Source: Methylomonas sp.
GTDB lineage: Bacteria > Pseudomonadota > Gammaproteobacteria > Methylococcales > Methylomonadaceae
Direction of reading: 5' to 3'
DNA length: 64,000 nt
Assembly (NCBI GenBank): GCA_050015235.1
Contig: JBEKBU010000001.1
Coordinates: 1,064-65,063, forward strand
The position numbers were made by a program, and so were the translations under genes. The notes under the pieces were generated by a model. That model did no database searches. It was not told the origin of the DNA and was given only the letters and a program-made list of their open reading frames with translations. Positions 10,453 to 20,484 of the stretch are shown piece after piece (positions within the stretch are counted from its first letter, which is position 1; each line of letters begins with the position of its first letter).

Positions 10453-10546
10453 ACGCCGAGCGTAGGCGCCGTTACGCAAATCAATTCGCCCCGATAGTCT
10501 ATACTTTAAAAAACTTGGGTAACTATTCCGCGCATGAAAGTAACCT

Positions 10547-10579
10547 ATGTAGGGTGGGCATGTCATACCCTTCCTACAT
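10547..10579. repeat. GTAG-type REP-like hairpin
   Basis: ATGTAGGGTGGG...CCCTTCCTACAT imperfect inverted repeat in an intergenic region. Confidence 0.5.
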
Positions 10580-10685
10580 TATTGCGTACCGTTCCGTGCG
10601 TGAAAGTCATGGTCGGCCAATATTGCCGGCTTCGGCGGATTTTTGATTTTGTCTTTTATTTAATATACTTCTATAAAACAGGCAA

Positions 10686-11222
10686 GTGAGTTTTACTAAC
10701 CAAACTGATAATAATTTTCACTTGGCCCACCATCCAATTGAAGAAAAAATCACCACTAGTTGGGAAAAGCTGGCGGGTTATGCTTTGAATTTCGCGGTAG
10801 AATACAGCCCGAATAAACCCGATAGCCTGGACTTGTACTTTATGGCGCCCATTAAAATTGTCGGTGAAGCCCGTGAAGCCTCCATAGTGCTTGAAATCTG
10901 CCAAACGCATGCTAGGTATTTAACATCATCCATGTTCGCGATAAGCGAAAATGAAGCCGGTAACGAGGACATTCTCGACGCCTGCGCTGAATTATGCAAC
11001 GTTTTTTCGGCAAATATCAAATCAAGCATCGATAGCGCCGCCGGTATCGATTTAGGCATTCCAGAAAACCTGAAATATGAAGAATTTCAAACTATTTTCG
11101 CAACCGGTCATCTGGAATTATGTTTTAAGGGGCAAAACAAGGAAGGTTCGGTCATTGTTTATTTATTCAATGCCCGCCTTAATGAAACCTGGACCAATGT
11201 GGACAGCCTCGGCGGGCTTTAG
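10686..11222 (+). CDS. CheX/CheC-like protein
   Basis: DACAELCNVFSANIK resembles the CheX/CheC E-x-x-N motif; DLGIP. Confidence 0.65.
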   Translation: MSFTNQTDNNFHLAHHPIEEKITTSWEKLAGYALNFAVEYSPNKPDSLDLYFMAPIKIVGEAREASIVLEICQTHARYLTSSMFAISENEAGNEDILDACAELCNVFSANIKSSIDSAAGIDLGIPENLKYEEFQTIFATGHLELCFKGQNKEGSVIVYLFNARLNETWTNVDSLGGL

Positions 11223-11331
11223 AAAGTTTAATCGCTTGGCGCGGAGTTAAGGCTTATAAAGACGATGATTTTTATAACCATTAAGTTAGTAATAAAACGA
11301 GTATTTAATTATCCTGTTCGAGGACGTAATA

Positions 11332-12240
11332 ATGAAGTTTCTGATTGTAGATGATAGTCGCGCCGTGCAAACGATTATCAAAAGGGCATTAGAACAAGCC
11401 GGTATTAAGGATGCCGAATTCAAAACGGCGATGAACGGAGAACAAGCGATGGCTGTAATTCCCGACTGGCGGCCGGATTTGGTGATTACAGATTGGCATA
11501 TGCCGACGATGACAGGGATAGAGTTGCTGAAATTAATCCGTCAATCGGATTTCAGCCACACCAAGGTCGGTTTCGTTACCACTGAAACGGCGCCCCGTTA
11601 TCTGGATGAGGCGTTAAACAACGGCGCTTGTTTTGTCATTAATAAACCCTGTAGCGATATTGAACTACAGGATGCGGTTTTTTCGGTTTTTCCGCTTGCC
11701 CGGCCGCATGCATCGGCGCCTGAAGCTGACCCCGTCCACGCCAAAACCGGGTTATTCGCTATTAATCCCGCTTCGGTATTGCTTGATTTTTTTCAAAAGG
11801 AGCTTGAAACTACCTTAACGCTTACGCCGGTGTTAAGAAGACCGGTAACTGAAATCGTCGGCCCCATGGTAGTCAGCGCTTATCGATTGCAGGAAGGCAA
11901 AAAAATGGTAGGCATCTGCTTATTGGACAAGAATGCGGCGATCCTGACCGGCGGCAGATTATCGGGCATGTCCACCAAGGAAATCGCAACATTTATTAAA
12001 GCCGACGGCTTGGATAAAGAATTCAGCGATCATGCGATCGAGTTGTTGTCAAAAAGCGCGCCCGCGCTCTTTTCCACGGCTAAAGACCGTCCCCTGCCCA
12101 TAGAAATGGGGGCTAGCAATGTGGTGAGCCGGCTCTCGGAAAAGCTCTGCAACGTCATTGAAGATTGCGCGTCGCGCTTCGATTACATCATAAGCAGCCC
12201 GGAATTCGGCAGCGGCTTGGTTTTGATTGTATGTTATTAA
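11332..12240 (+). CDS. Response regulator (REC) with CheC-like C-terminal domain
   Basis: LIVDDS, VITDWHMPTMTG, INKP; C-terminal alpha/beta domain. Confidence 0.8.
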   Translation: MKFLIVDDSRAVQTIIKRALEQAGIKDAEFKTAMNGEQAMAVIPDWRPDLVITDWHMPTMTGIELLKLIRQSDFSHTKVGFVTTETAPRYLDEALNNGACFVINKPCSDIELQDAVFSVFPLARPHASAPEADPVHAKTGLFAINPASVLLDFFQKELETTLTLTPVLRRPVTEIVGPMVVSAYRLQEGKKMVGICLLDKNAAILTGGRLSGMSTKEIATFIKADGLDKEFSDHAIELLSKSAPALFSTAKDRPLPIEMGASNVVSRLSEKLCNVIEDCASRFDYIISSPEFGSGLVLIVCY

Positions 12241-12257
12241 CTTTAAAATGATCCCCG

Positions 12258-13091
12258 ATGCAAATAGCTAATTTTGGACTACTGGAATGGGTTTTGTTGG
12301 GCGGCAACCTACTGTTGGGCCTGCTGGGCGGTTTTTTTTTAATTTGGCTTTACTGGTATTCCGCCCGCGATAAAAATAAATTATCCCAGATTGAAAAACA
12401 CTGCGAGCAATTGCATAAATTGTTATCCGGCTCCAGGGCTTTTCGGAATTTGGAAAGCGCCGAACTGATGGAAGCCAAATGGAACCACGAAAATCTGGAT
12501 CTGGTCGCCAGCACCTTGGACGGTTTAAGCCGGGACGACCTACGGAAACTGTCGGATAGCCTGGATCAATATGGCGAACTTATTTCCGAAATGGATGCGG
12601 TGGAGCCCGCGGATTTCGCTAACTGGAAACATTCCAGGCAGACAAGAATCAACGGCGCCCTCGATTATCGGAGCAAACTCCAAAACGGCTCGGATAATAT
12701 TCTGGAAAAAATTCAGAATGCGCACGCCATGGTAAATTCGGTCAAATCCCGAACCAGCGCCTCGGACTCTACTCAAGCCTGGCTGCGGGAAAACGGCGTC
12801 ATCCGCGATAAACTGGACGAATCGGTCAGCCAGGATAAATTGCAGCGCGCCCAAATTGAAACCGAATTAACCGCCGCCAGGGAAACCGAGGCGCGTTTGC
12901 GGCAGGATTTGCTTGCCGAGCGCGAGCGCCTCGAGTCGCTACGCGAGCATTCAAAACAGCACGAACAATCGCTTAGCAATAAATTCACGGCTTTGCAAAC
13001 GAAATACGATGAGCTCAAGAGCGCGCATGACCGGATGCTGCTGGAAAAAGACTTTATCGAAAAGGCTTATATGAAAAACGGCGATGATTAA
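12258..13091 (+). CDS. Single-pass membrane coiled-coil protein, function unknown
   Basis: N-terminal TM helix followed by a long heptad-rich region. Confidence 0.7.
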   Translation: MQIANFGLLEWVLLGGNLLLGLLGGFFLIWLYWYSARDKNKLSQIEKHCEQLHKLLSGSRAFRNLESAELMEAKWNHENLDLVASTLDGLSRDDLRKLSDSLDQYGELISEMDAVEPADFANWKHSRQTRINGALDYRSKLQNGSDNILEKIQNAHAMVNSVKSRTSASDSTQAWLRENGVIRDKLDESVSQDKLQRAQIETELTAARETEARLRQDLLAERERLESLREHSKQHEQSLSNKFTALQTKYDELKSAHDRMLLEKDFIEKAYMKNGDD

Positions 13092-13100
13092 TCGAAAAAG

Positions 13101-13790
13101 TTAGGCCGTACGCGCGTAAGCCTTTCTCCGGTTCGCCGCCGCAATTGCAAGCAGAGCAAATAACCCCGCGCCAAACAACCTCATAGCCCCCGGCAGCGGC
13201 ACGGCGGATGCGGGAGCCAGAGTATAGGCATTTGCAATATCTATGGAGCCATAATTATCTGTCAGAATTTCTAAAGTAAGCGTAAAGCCGATTGGAGATC
13301 CGGATGTGTTGAGGGCTGAGAAATTAAGGCCTCCCTCGAAACCGGCAACACTTTCGCTAAGCGTTACGCCACCTGAACTATTACTGGAGGGAATCAAGTA
13401 ACTGGAGCCGCCAAGCCCTGTCGGATCGTAATTGGCGGCATTTAAGCTAAACAGAGGATTACCCGATGCGTCAAAAGCGTTTAAAGTTGCCGACGCCAAA
13501 AAAGTTATCGTATTGTTTGCGGGGGATTCTGTCAGATCGAATGTCATTACACTCCCTGACGAAATTTGAGGCATCGTATAGGTAAGCCCTACAACCCCAG
13601 GAACAGTTGAAAAATCGGTAAGTTCATAAATTAAACTGCCACTTTCGGTAGATATCGGGACAGGGCACGCTAAAAACGACGCGTTACACGGATTAAAATG
13701 ATCTATGACTAAGCCGGCATGGGCGGAAGTTGCGCCGCAAAATACAACCAAACCCGCTACACTAGCTTTTAAAAATTTACCAAAAGACAC
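13101..13790 (-). CDS. PEP-CTERM (VPLP-CTERM) surface protein
   Basis: Signal peptide; C-terminal VPLPGAMRLFGAGLFALLAIAAANRRK (sorting motif, TM, basic tail). Confidence 0.85.
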   Translation of the reverse strand: MSFGKFLKASVAGLVVFCGATSAHAGLVIDHFNPCNASFLACPVPISTESGSLIYELTDFSTVPGVVGLTYTMPQISSGSVMTFDLTESPANNTITFLASATLNAFDASGNPLFSLNAANYDPTGLGGSSYLIPSSNSSGGVTLSESVAGFEGGLNFSALNTSGSPIGFTLTLEILTDNYGSIDIANAYTLAPASAVPLPGAMRLFGAGLFALLAIAAANRRKAYARTA

Positions 13791-13947
13791 AACCTGCTCC
13801 TCTTAACTTTTAACGCAAATACAAAAAACTCAGCTACGGCTCACCTATTACAATCTCCTCGAAATAACCATATTTGTCAAATTTTCAGAAAGTTGAATTA
13901 GGCGGTAAGGCTTTTAACAGGGTAAACAACCTGCTTTAAAAATTTTA

Positions 13948-13963
13948 TGCATCAATTGCGCCA
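13948..13963 (-). promoter_or_regulatory. Putative sigma-54 promoter of the VPLP-CTERM gene
   Basis: Minus strand TGGCGCAATTGATGCA = GG-N10-GC, about 160 bp upstream of the start. Confidence 0.6.
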
Positions 13964-14057
13964 TTAATTAACCGGTTAATTTGATTAGTTTTCGGATTTT
14001 ATCCATTATTTTTTTCATACCTTTTTTGCGGTAAATGCAATTTTAGTATGCAAAAAA

Positions 14058-14073
14058 TGTCGGAATTTTAAAA
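14058..14073. promoter_or_regulatory. Possible enhancer-binding-protein site
   Basis: TGTCGGAATTTTAAAA about 95 bp upstream of the sigma-54 motif. It resembles, from recollection only, the motif reported upstream of PEP-CTERM genes. Confidence 0.35.
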
Positions 14074-14382
14074 CGGTGGATCGAAACGCTTTAACGCGAT
14101 AAGATGCGCATATAGGATGCCGCCGACGAAGGAGGCGCATCGATCGCGTTATAAACGCTTTTGAAGTTCAACGCCGGTTTTTTAACCGGATATCCAAAAG
14201 AAAGTGTCTAATGGCGACCCAAACCGGAAAGCCAGCCTGAGAATTGAAAATTATTGGCTTATTCCGTGCGATAAATGCCGCGGGAAGCGCCAACCCAATC
14301 TGTATTTTGTGGTAATGTAGCTTTGATCTGGAAGGTGTTTTTTTGAAACGTCTTCCTTTTTAACTAGCCTAAATCCGTATTT

Positions 14383-14655
14383 ATGCATTTTGAGTGGGAT
14401 CCCAAAAAAGCTGCATCTAATCGTCGCAAACATGGCGTTACTTTTGAAGAAGCAACCAGTGCATTCCGCGATTTATTCTCAGCAACCGGTCGCGATCCAG
14501 ATCATTCGGAAGACGAGGAACGATTTGTAACATTTGGCGTTTCTTCCAAAGGCCGTTTGCTCACGGTATCGCATACAGAGAAAGGTAATGCAATTCGAAT
14601 CATATCGGCGCGACTAGCAACAAATGCTGAGAGGCAAATTTATGAAGAAGGTTAA
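14383..14655 (+). CDS. brnT: BrnT-family toxin
   Basis: FEWDPKKAASNRRKHGVTFEEA...EERF...IRIISARLAT. Confidence 0.92.
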   Translation: MHFEWDPKKAASNRRKHGVTFEEATSAFRDLFSATGRDPDHSEDEERFVTFGVSSKGRLLTVSHTEKGNAIRIISARLATNAERQIYEEG

Positions 14656-14887
14656 ATCAGAAATGACGGACGAACTTAGACCAGATTATAAACGGTCGGA
14701 TTTTGGTGAGATTCAACGTGGAAAGTATGCGAACCGAATCAAGGCGGAAACCAATGTGGTGCTCCTTGATCCTGATATTGCGGAAGCTTTTCCTAATGAT
14801 GAAGCGGTAAACAAAGCGCTTCGCTACTTGCTGGAAGTAGCTAAAACATCAACGAGCCTAACCCAACGCTCCAGTGGTATCAGCTGA
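14642..14887 (+). CDS. BrnA-like antitoxin
   Basis: DELRPDY...RGKYA..VLLDPDIAEAFPNDEAVNKALR; overlaps brnT. Confidence 0.85.
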   Translation: MKKVKSEMTDELRPDYKRSDFGEIQRGKYANRIKAETNVVLLDPDIAEAFPNDEAVNKALRYLLEVAKTSTSLTQRSSGIS

Positions 14888-14901
14888 GCTATGCGTTAGC
14901 C
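14856..14901 (+). other. Shortened integron attC-like site
   Basis: GCCTAAC (R'') CCAAC GCTCCAG (L'') TGGTATCAG CTGAGC (L') TATGC GTTAGCC (R'); L''/L' pair with one extrahelical base; only 46 bp long. Confidence 0.65.
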
Positions 14902-15083
14902 TGCCTAGGAATGATTACGTTATGCTTATCCACCCATTTTTATGTTTTTTGAACGACGGCATTTGGATAAGTTGCCGTCATTGATCAACATTGTCGGGAC
15001 GGCAGCTTGGGGTCGAAGGACTAAGCCAGTCACAGTCATTGGCCCTAACTAAATAAAGCGACAGTCCGATAAAGTCCGGGGTT

Positions 15084-15728
15084 TTACATATTAAACGTCA
15101 ACGCCAGCATCCCTGAACCTCCCGACTCAATCCGCCCGCCCAAAACCGCCGCGTATTCACGCATCAATTGCAAACCGAGGTTTTCATCAGCCGTTAAGCC
15201 GTCAGCGCTGAAACCGAGGCCGGCGCCGCGAATTTCCAGCCGCGGGCCGCCCGTGGCGCATGCTTCAACTTTTATACCGACAACGCCGGATGCGGTGGGG
15301 TCATTCCGCGCCGCAAGCTGAAGCGCTTCATAGGCAAGCCGGTAGATTAATTCGGTTTGCAACGGTTGCAGTTGGCTGCAATCGTTAGCGGCGGCCAGTT
15401 CGCAAGGCCGGTTAAAGCGCTGCTGGAAACCCCGGCATAAGCTTTCCAGCGCCGCCGCCAGACCGAGCGTAAAATCAGGCGGCTGCAAGGTATTGATCAA
15501 GCCGCTCAGCGTCCGGGTCGCCAGATCGGCTTTCGCCAGCATGGCAGCGGCGCGTTCGGCCAACAGCGGGTCGGATTTTTGCTGCAGGGCGAACAGGGAA
15601 ATATCCAGGCGCAAGGCCAGCAGCACTTGCGCCAAGTCGTCATGCAGGACTTCCGCAAGCGCCTTGGTTTCCCGCATTAACAGCTTGTGCCATAACGGGA
15701 CGCCGTCCTGGAGATCGCGCGGCGGCAT
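15084..15728 (-). CDS. HisKA_3-type histidine-kinase-like protein without sensor domain, degenerate ATP-binding domain
   Basis: LAEVLHDDLAQVL H-box; the N and G1 boxes read EALQLAARN and IRGAGLGF. Confidence 0.7.
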   Translation of the reverse strand: MPPRDLQDGVPLWHKLLMRETKALAEVLHDDLAQVLLALRLDISLFALQQKSDPLLAERAAAMLAKADLATRTLSGLINTLQPPDFTLGLAAALESLCRGFQQRFNRPCELAAANDCSQLQPLQTELIYRLAYEALQLAARNDPTASGVVGIKVEACATGGPRLEIRGAGLGFSADGLTADENLGLQLMREYAAVLGGRIESGGSGMLALTFNM

Positions 15729-15746
15729 GGCCGGACTCCCCGGCGT

Positions 15747-15875
15747 TTAATTAAACAACGCCAAGGCTTTTTTAACCGTGGACCAGACGCCCCAGGCCAG
15801 CGGAACGCCGACATAGAGCCAAAATAACAGCAATTTCCAGATGGGGGTGGCTAGCGATGGTTCGGTATTTTGCAT
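15747..15875 (-). CDS. 42-aa small membrane subunit associated with OFA-family MFS
   Basis: Not in the ORF track: MQNTEPSLATPIWKLLLFWLYVGVPLAWGVWSTVKKALALFN, immediately downstream of the MFS gene. Confidence 0.8.
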   Translation of the reverse strand: MQNTEPSLATPIWKLLLFWLYVGVPLAWGVWSTVKKALALFN

Positions 15876-15894
15876 TGCGGGTTACTCCTGCGGG

Positions 15895-17286
15895 TTATTC
15901 GGCATTGCTTTGCGGGTAGGCGCCGTCCAGTTCGTCGAACTCGTCATGGCGCATATGGTGTTTTTCGTGCACCGGCCGGATCATGGCGTTGCTTATACAG
16001 CCGACCACCAGCAAAATCGCCAGGATATACATCGTGTCGTTGTAGGCTTCGGCCTTGGGGACGCCCTGCTGGATTTTATACTCGCGCAGATAGTTCACCA
16101 GCATCGGCCCCAACACGCCGGCCATGGACCAGGCCGTCAAAAGGCGGCCGTGGATGCCGCCGACGAAGCGGGTGCCGAAAATATCGGCCAGATAGGCCGG
16201 GATGGTGGCGAAGCCGCCGCCGTACATGCTCATGATCACGGCGTACAACAGCACGAACATCAGCATGTTGCCCTGATTGCCCATGCTGGGGATGGTGGCG
16301 TAAAGCGCCGCGCCCAGAATAAAAAACACGAAATAAGTGTTTTTACGGCCGAGAAAATCCGAAGTCGACGACCAGAAAAACCGGCCGCCCATATTGAACA
16401 GACTCAACAGGCCGACAAAGCCCGCCGCCGCCGCCGGCGTAACCGCGCCCTTGAACATTTCCTGTATCATCACCGAAGCTTGTCCGAGCACGCCGATGCC
16501 GGCGCTGACGTTCATGCACAGCACCAGCCATAAACAATAGAACTGCGGCGTTTTCAAAGCCTGATCGATATGCACGTGTTTATCGGTAATCATGTGGTTG
16601 ACTGTTTCCGGCGGGCTCCAGCCGGCCGGCCGCCAGTCCTGGGCCGGAATGCGGATGGTTAACGCGCCTATCAGCATGGAGCAGAAATACAGGGCGCCCA
16701 TGACCAGAAAAGCCTCCATGACGCCGACCGAAGTCGAGGTTTTGAAAAAGTCCATCAGCAACACGGACAAAGGCGCGCCTATCATGGCGCCGCCGCCGAA
16801 TCCCATAATCGCCATGCCGGTGGCCATGCCGCGCCGGTCCGGAAACCATTTGATCAGCGTCGAAACCGGCGATACATAGCCCAAACCCAGACCGACGCCG
16901 CCTATCACGCCGTAGCCGAGATAAAGCAGCGTGATTTCATGCAGATATACGCCTAGCGCCGCTACCCAAAAGCCGCCGCCGAAACAGCAGGCGGCCACGA
17001 ACATGGTCAGGCGCGGCCCGACTTTCTCCAGCCACTTACCGGCGAACGCCGCCGACAGGCCGAGAAAGACAATCGCAAAGCTAAAAATCCAGCCCAGCGT
17101 GGTGAGCTTCCAGTCGTCCGGCGCGGCGGCGCCGACGCCGATCACCCGGCTGAGCGGCTCGTTGAAGACGCTGAACGCATAGGCTTGGCCTATGCAAAGA
17201 TGCACCGATAAAGCGGCGGGCGGAACCAGCCAGCGGTTAAAACCCGGTTGCGCGGTGATATGCTGTTTTGTGAAAAACCCCGACAT
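15895..17286 (-). CDS. OFA (oxalate/formate antiporter) family MFS transporter
   Basis: FNRWLVPPAALSVHLCIGQAYAFSVF, KWFPDRRGMATG, GGIHGRLLTAWS; likely start at MSGFF (17286). Confidence 0.9.
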   Translation of the reverse strand: MSGFFTKQHITAQPGFNRWLVPPAALSVHLCIGQAYAFSVFNEPLSRVIGVGAAAPDDWKLTTLGWIFSFAIVFLGLSAAFAGKWLEKVGPRLTMFVAACCFGGGFWVAALGVYLHEITLLYLGYGVIGGVGLGLGYVSPVSTLIKWFPDRRGMATGMAIMGFGGGAMIGAPLSVLLMDFFKTSTSVGVMEAFLVMGALYFCSMLIGALTIRIPAQDWRPAGWSPPETVNHMITDKHVHIDQALKTPQFYCLWLVLCMNVSAGIGVLGQASVMIQEMFKGAVTPAAAAGFVGLLSLFNMGGRFFWSSTSDFLGRKNTYFVFFILGAALYATIPSMGNQGNMLMFVLLYAVIMSMYGGGFATIPAYLADIFGTRFVGGIHGRLLTAWSMAGVLGPMLVNYLREYKIQQGVPKAEAYNDTMYILAILLVVGCISNAMIRPVHEKHHMRHDEFDELDGAYPQSNAE

Positions 17287-17292
17287 GAATGA

Positions 17293-18522
<1,230 letters not shown>

Positions 18523-18555
18523 TTGTTCAGCTTATTTAAAGAAAGTCAGCTACCC

Positions 18556-18667
18556 GGCGGTTGGCGCCGGAGCGCCTGGCGGAGGACGCCGTGAATATAT
18601 CCCTATAGGCTTTCGCCCGGCATCCATGCCGGTCAAACCTCCGCCAGGCGCTCCGGCGCCAACCGCC
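18556..18667. repeat. MITE-like element with perfect 30-bp terminal inverted repeats
   Basis: GGCGGTTGGCGCCGGAGCGCCTGGCGGAGG (18556-18585) and its reverse complement (18638-18667) around a GCCGTGAAT...GGCATCCATGCCG core. Confidence 0.8.
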
Positions 18668-18726
18668 AATGTGGTCAGCTATCGGCAGGTTTTAAAATTT
18701 TATTGTTAACTATATGCTCCAACTTT

Positions 18727-19230
18727 ATGACGGCCATCTACAGTTTCCCACCACTAGTTGACGATCACGCCCGGGTGCTGGTACTCGGCAGCATGCCGGG
18801 TAAGGCCTCGCTGGCGGCGGCCGAATATTACGCGCATCCGCGTAATTTATTCTGGCCTATCATGGGCGAATTGTTCGGCGCTTATCCGCAACTTAGTTAT
18901 GCGGAACGCACCCGCATCCTCACCGATAAAGGGCTGGCGGTCTGGGATGTGCTGAGATCCTGCCGGCGGGACGGCAGCCTAGACGCCGCTATCGATAAGG
19001 CCTCCATGATAAGCAACGATTTCGCCGGTTTTTTTCAGCGTTATCCGTTGATCAGCCATATCTATTTCAACGGCGCCACCGCCGAACAGACTTTCCGCAA
19101 ACAGGCCGCGCCCATCTTGGCCGGGGTTAACTTGCAATTACTGCGCCTGCCCTCCACCAGCCCGGCCCATGCGGCGTTGAATTTTCAGCGGAAACTCGAA
19201 TGTTGGCGGCAAATTACGGTGTATTTGTGA
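18727..19230 (+). CDS. UDG-superfamily DNA glycosylase (DNA-deoxyinosine glycosylase type)
   Basis: VLVLGSMPGKASL..EYYAHPRNLFW, VWDV, FNGATA, LPSTSPAHA. Confidence 0.9.
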   Translation: MTAIYSFPPLVDDHARVLVLGSMPGKASLAAAEYYAHPRNLFWPIMGELFGAYPQLSYAERTRILTDKGLAVWDVLRSCRRDGSLDAAIDKASMISNDFAGFFQRYPLISHIYFNGATAEQTFRKQAAPILAGVNLQLLRLPSTSPAHAALNFQRKLECWRQITVYL

Positions 19231-19283
19231 ACATCAGACTATGCGCGAACATAATCAATTAGCCTTGAGAGACTTTTGCTTGT

Positions 19284-19979
19284 TTATTGATCAAAAAATA
19301 TGTCGGTGTAAGACCAGTCCGTGTTTTGCACGAAGGACGCCGCCGCTTCCGCTCTGGAGTGGTTAGCGTAGGTATCCCATTTTGGATAATAGCTTTCATC
19401 CGCTTCATTACCCCATACCGACCAATTCTCACGCCTGCCGCGGGCGAACAATTCCAGATAAGGGCCCGGACTGCATGATTCTATAATGTCGTACATTTCA
19501 TCGGGTTTGCGTGAATGTTCCCGCTTTTGGGTAGCGAGAAAATTCACCTGACGGCGGCCTGGCGCTAGCGTACGCGCATTTTTGCCGCGAACGCCGAATA
19601 ACAGTAATTCAGTGACGTTGCGAAAATAAAATCCGACCCCGCGACCATCCGGCCCGCCATCCTTCCGAATCTTATGCCAGACAATATTACTTTTATAGTT
19701 AAAACCCCAGGCCTCCATGACTTTCAGCCCTTCGGGCAACAAGGCGTTCGGCGCCCAAAGATAAAGGTGCGCGGCGCCATCCGCGAGTTCTTGCACCGGT
19801 AAACTTAAAATCTCATCAAGCTTCATGGCGCCGTAACGGTTCAACCGCTTGTGTTCCGGAGCCATTTTGCCCGTGCGGTTCTGAAATTGCCACGGCGGAT
19901 CCGCTAGAATAGTACGGAAGCGCTTGTCGCCGTAACTTTCCAGTAAATCAGCGGCAGGCTTAAGCGTGTTGTTTTTCAT
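19284..19979 (-). CDS. MT-A70-family adenine methyltransferase
   Basis: ILADPPW, HLYLW, WGF.YK..IVWHK, RNVTELLLFG, EHSRKPDE, YLELFARG. Confidence 0.93.
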   Translation of the reverse strand: MKNNTLKPAADLLESYGDKRFRTILADPPWQFQNRTGKMAPEHKRLNRYGAMKLDEILSLPVQELADGAAHLYLWAPNALLPEGLKVMEAWGFNYKSNIVWHKIRKDGGPDGRGVGFYFRNVTELLLFGVRGKNARTLAPGRRQVNFLATQKREHSRKPDEMYDIIESCSPGPYLELFARGRRENWSVWGNEADESYYPKWDTYANHSRAEAAASFVQNTDWSYTDIFFDQ

Positions 19980-20407
19980 TCGTGAAATGCCCGGAACGCA
20001 TAGAGATCACGGTCGAATGTTTGATCTTTGCTATTCCATTCCAGATCAAAGGCGACACGATTTTTCACGTAATCAACCTTATGCCCGTCGAGAAAGTTTT
20101 CGCGGGTGAAATGTTCGACGTGGAAGCCTTTTTTCTTGAGTTCATCGATTTTCTCAAGGAAATCGGCGTCGTCTTCCTCACTTTCATTATCATCCACCAC
20201 TTTGACCTTTTTTCCGCTCGATCCTGAAACTTTCGTAATCAACAAATCGCCTTTGATTCGCGTTTCCATCCAGCTTTTTTCTCGCAATAGTCCGGAGATC
20301 CGTTTCGGAATGTCCGACTCATTGCCGCCCTGCTTACGAATATCGGATAACGTCAACCGGAATGCACGCAATCCTTCAATGATTTCCTGAAATTCGTCCG
20401 GCGGGAT
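19976..20407 (-). pseudogene. Truncated BglII/BstYI-family restriction endonuclease
   Basis: PDEFQEIIEGLRAFRL..GGNES, HKVDYVKNRVAFDLEWNSKDQTFDRDL catalytic region; in-frame stop at 20408-20410 upstream and an early stop after FHE. Confidence 0.72.
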
Positions 20408-20484
20408 TTAAACCCATTTAAAAGCCGGAGTACCCGTGGGGTTATTTTAAATAATCGATCGACCGGCGGCCGGAGAACGGCCTT

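Noticed and set aside
15841-16533. Long antisense/alternate-frame ORFs in the track (for example 15841-16533, 32747-33568, 4573-5187, 27751-28401)
   Set aside because: Shadows of GC-rich coding genes on the other strand or frame; no motifs or RBS.
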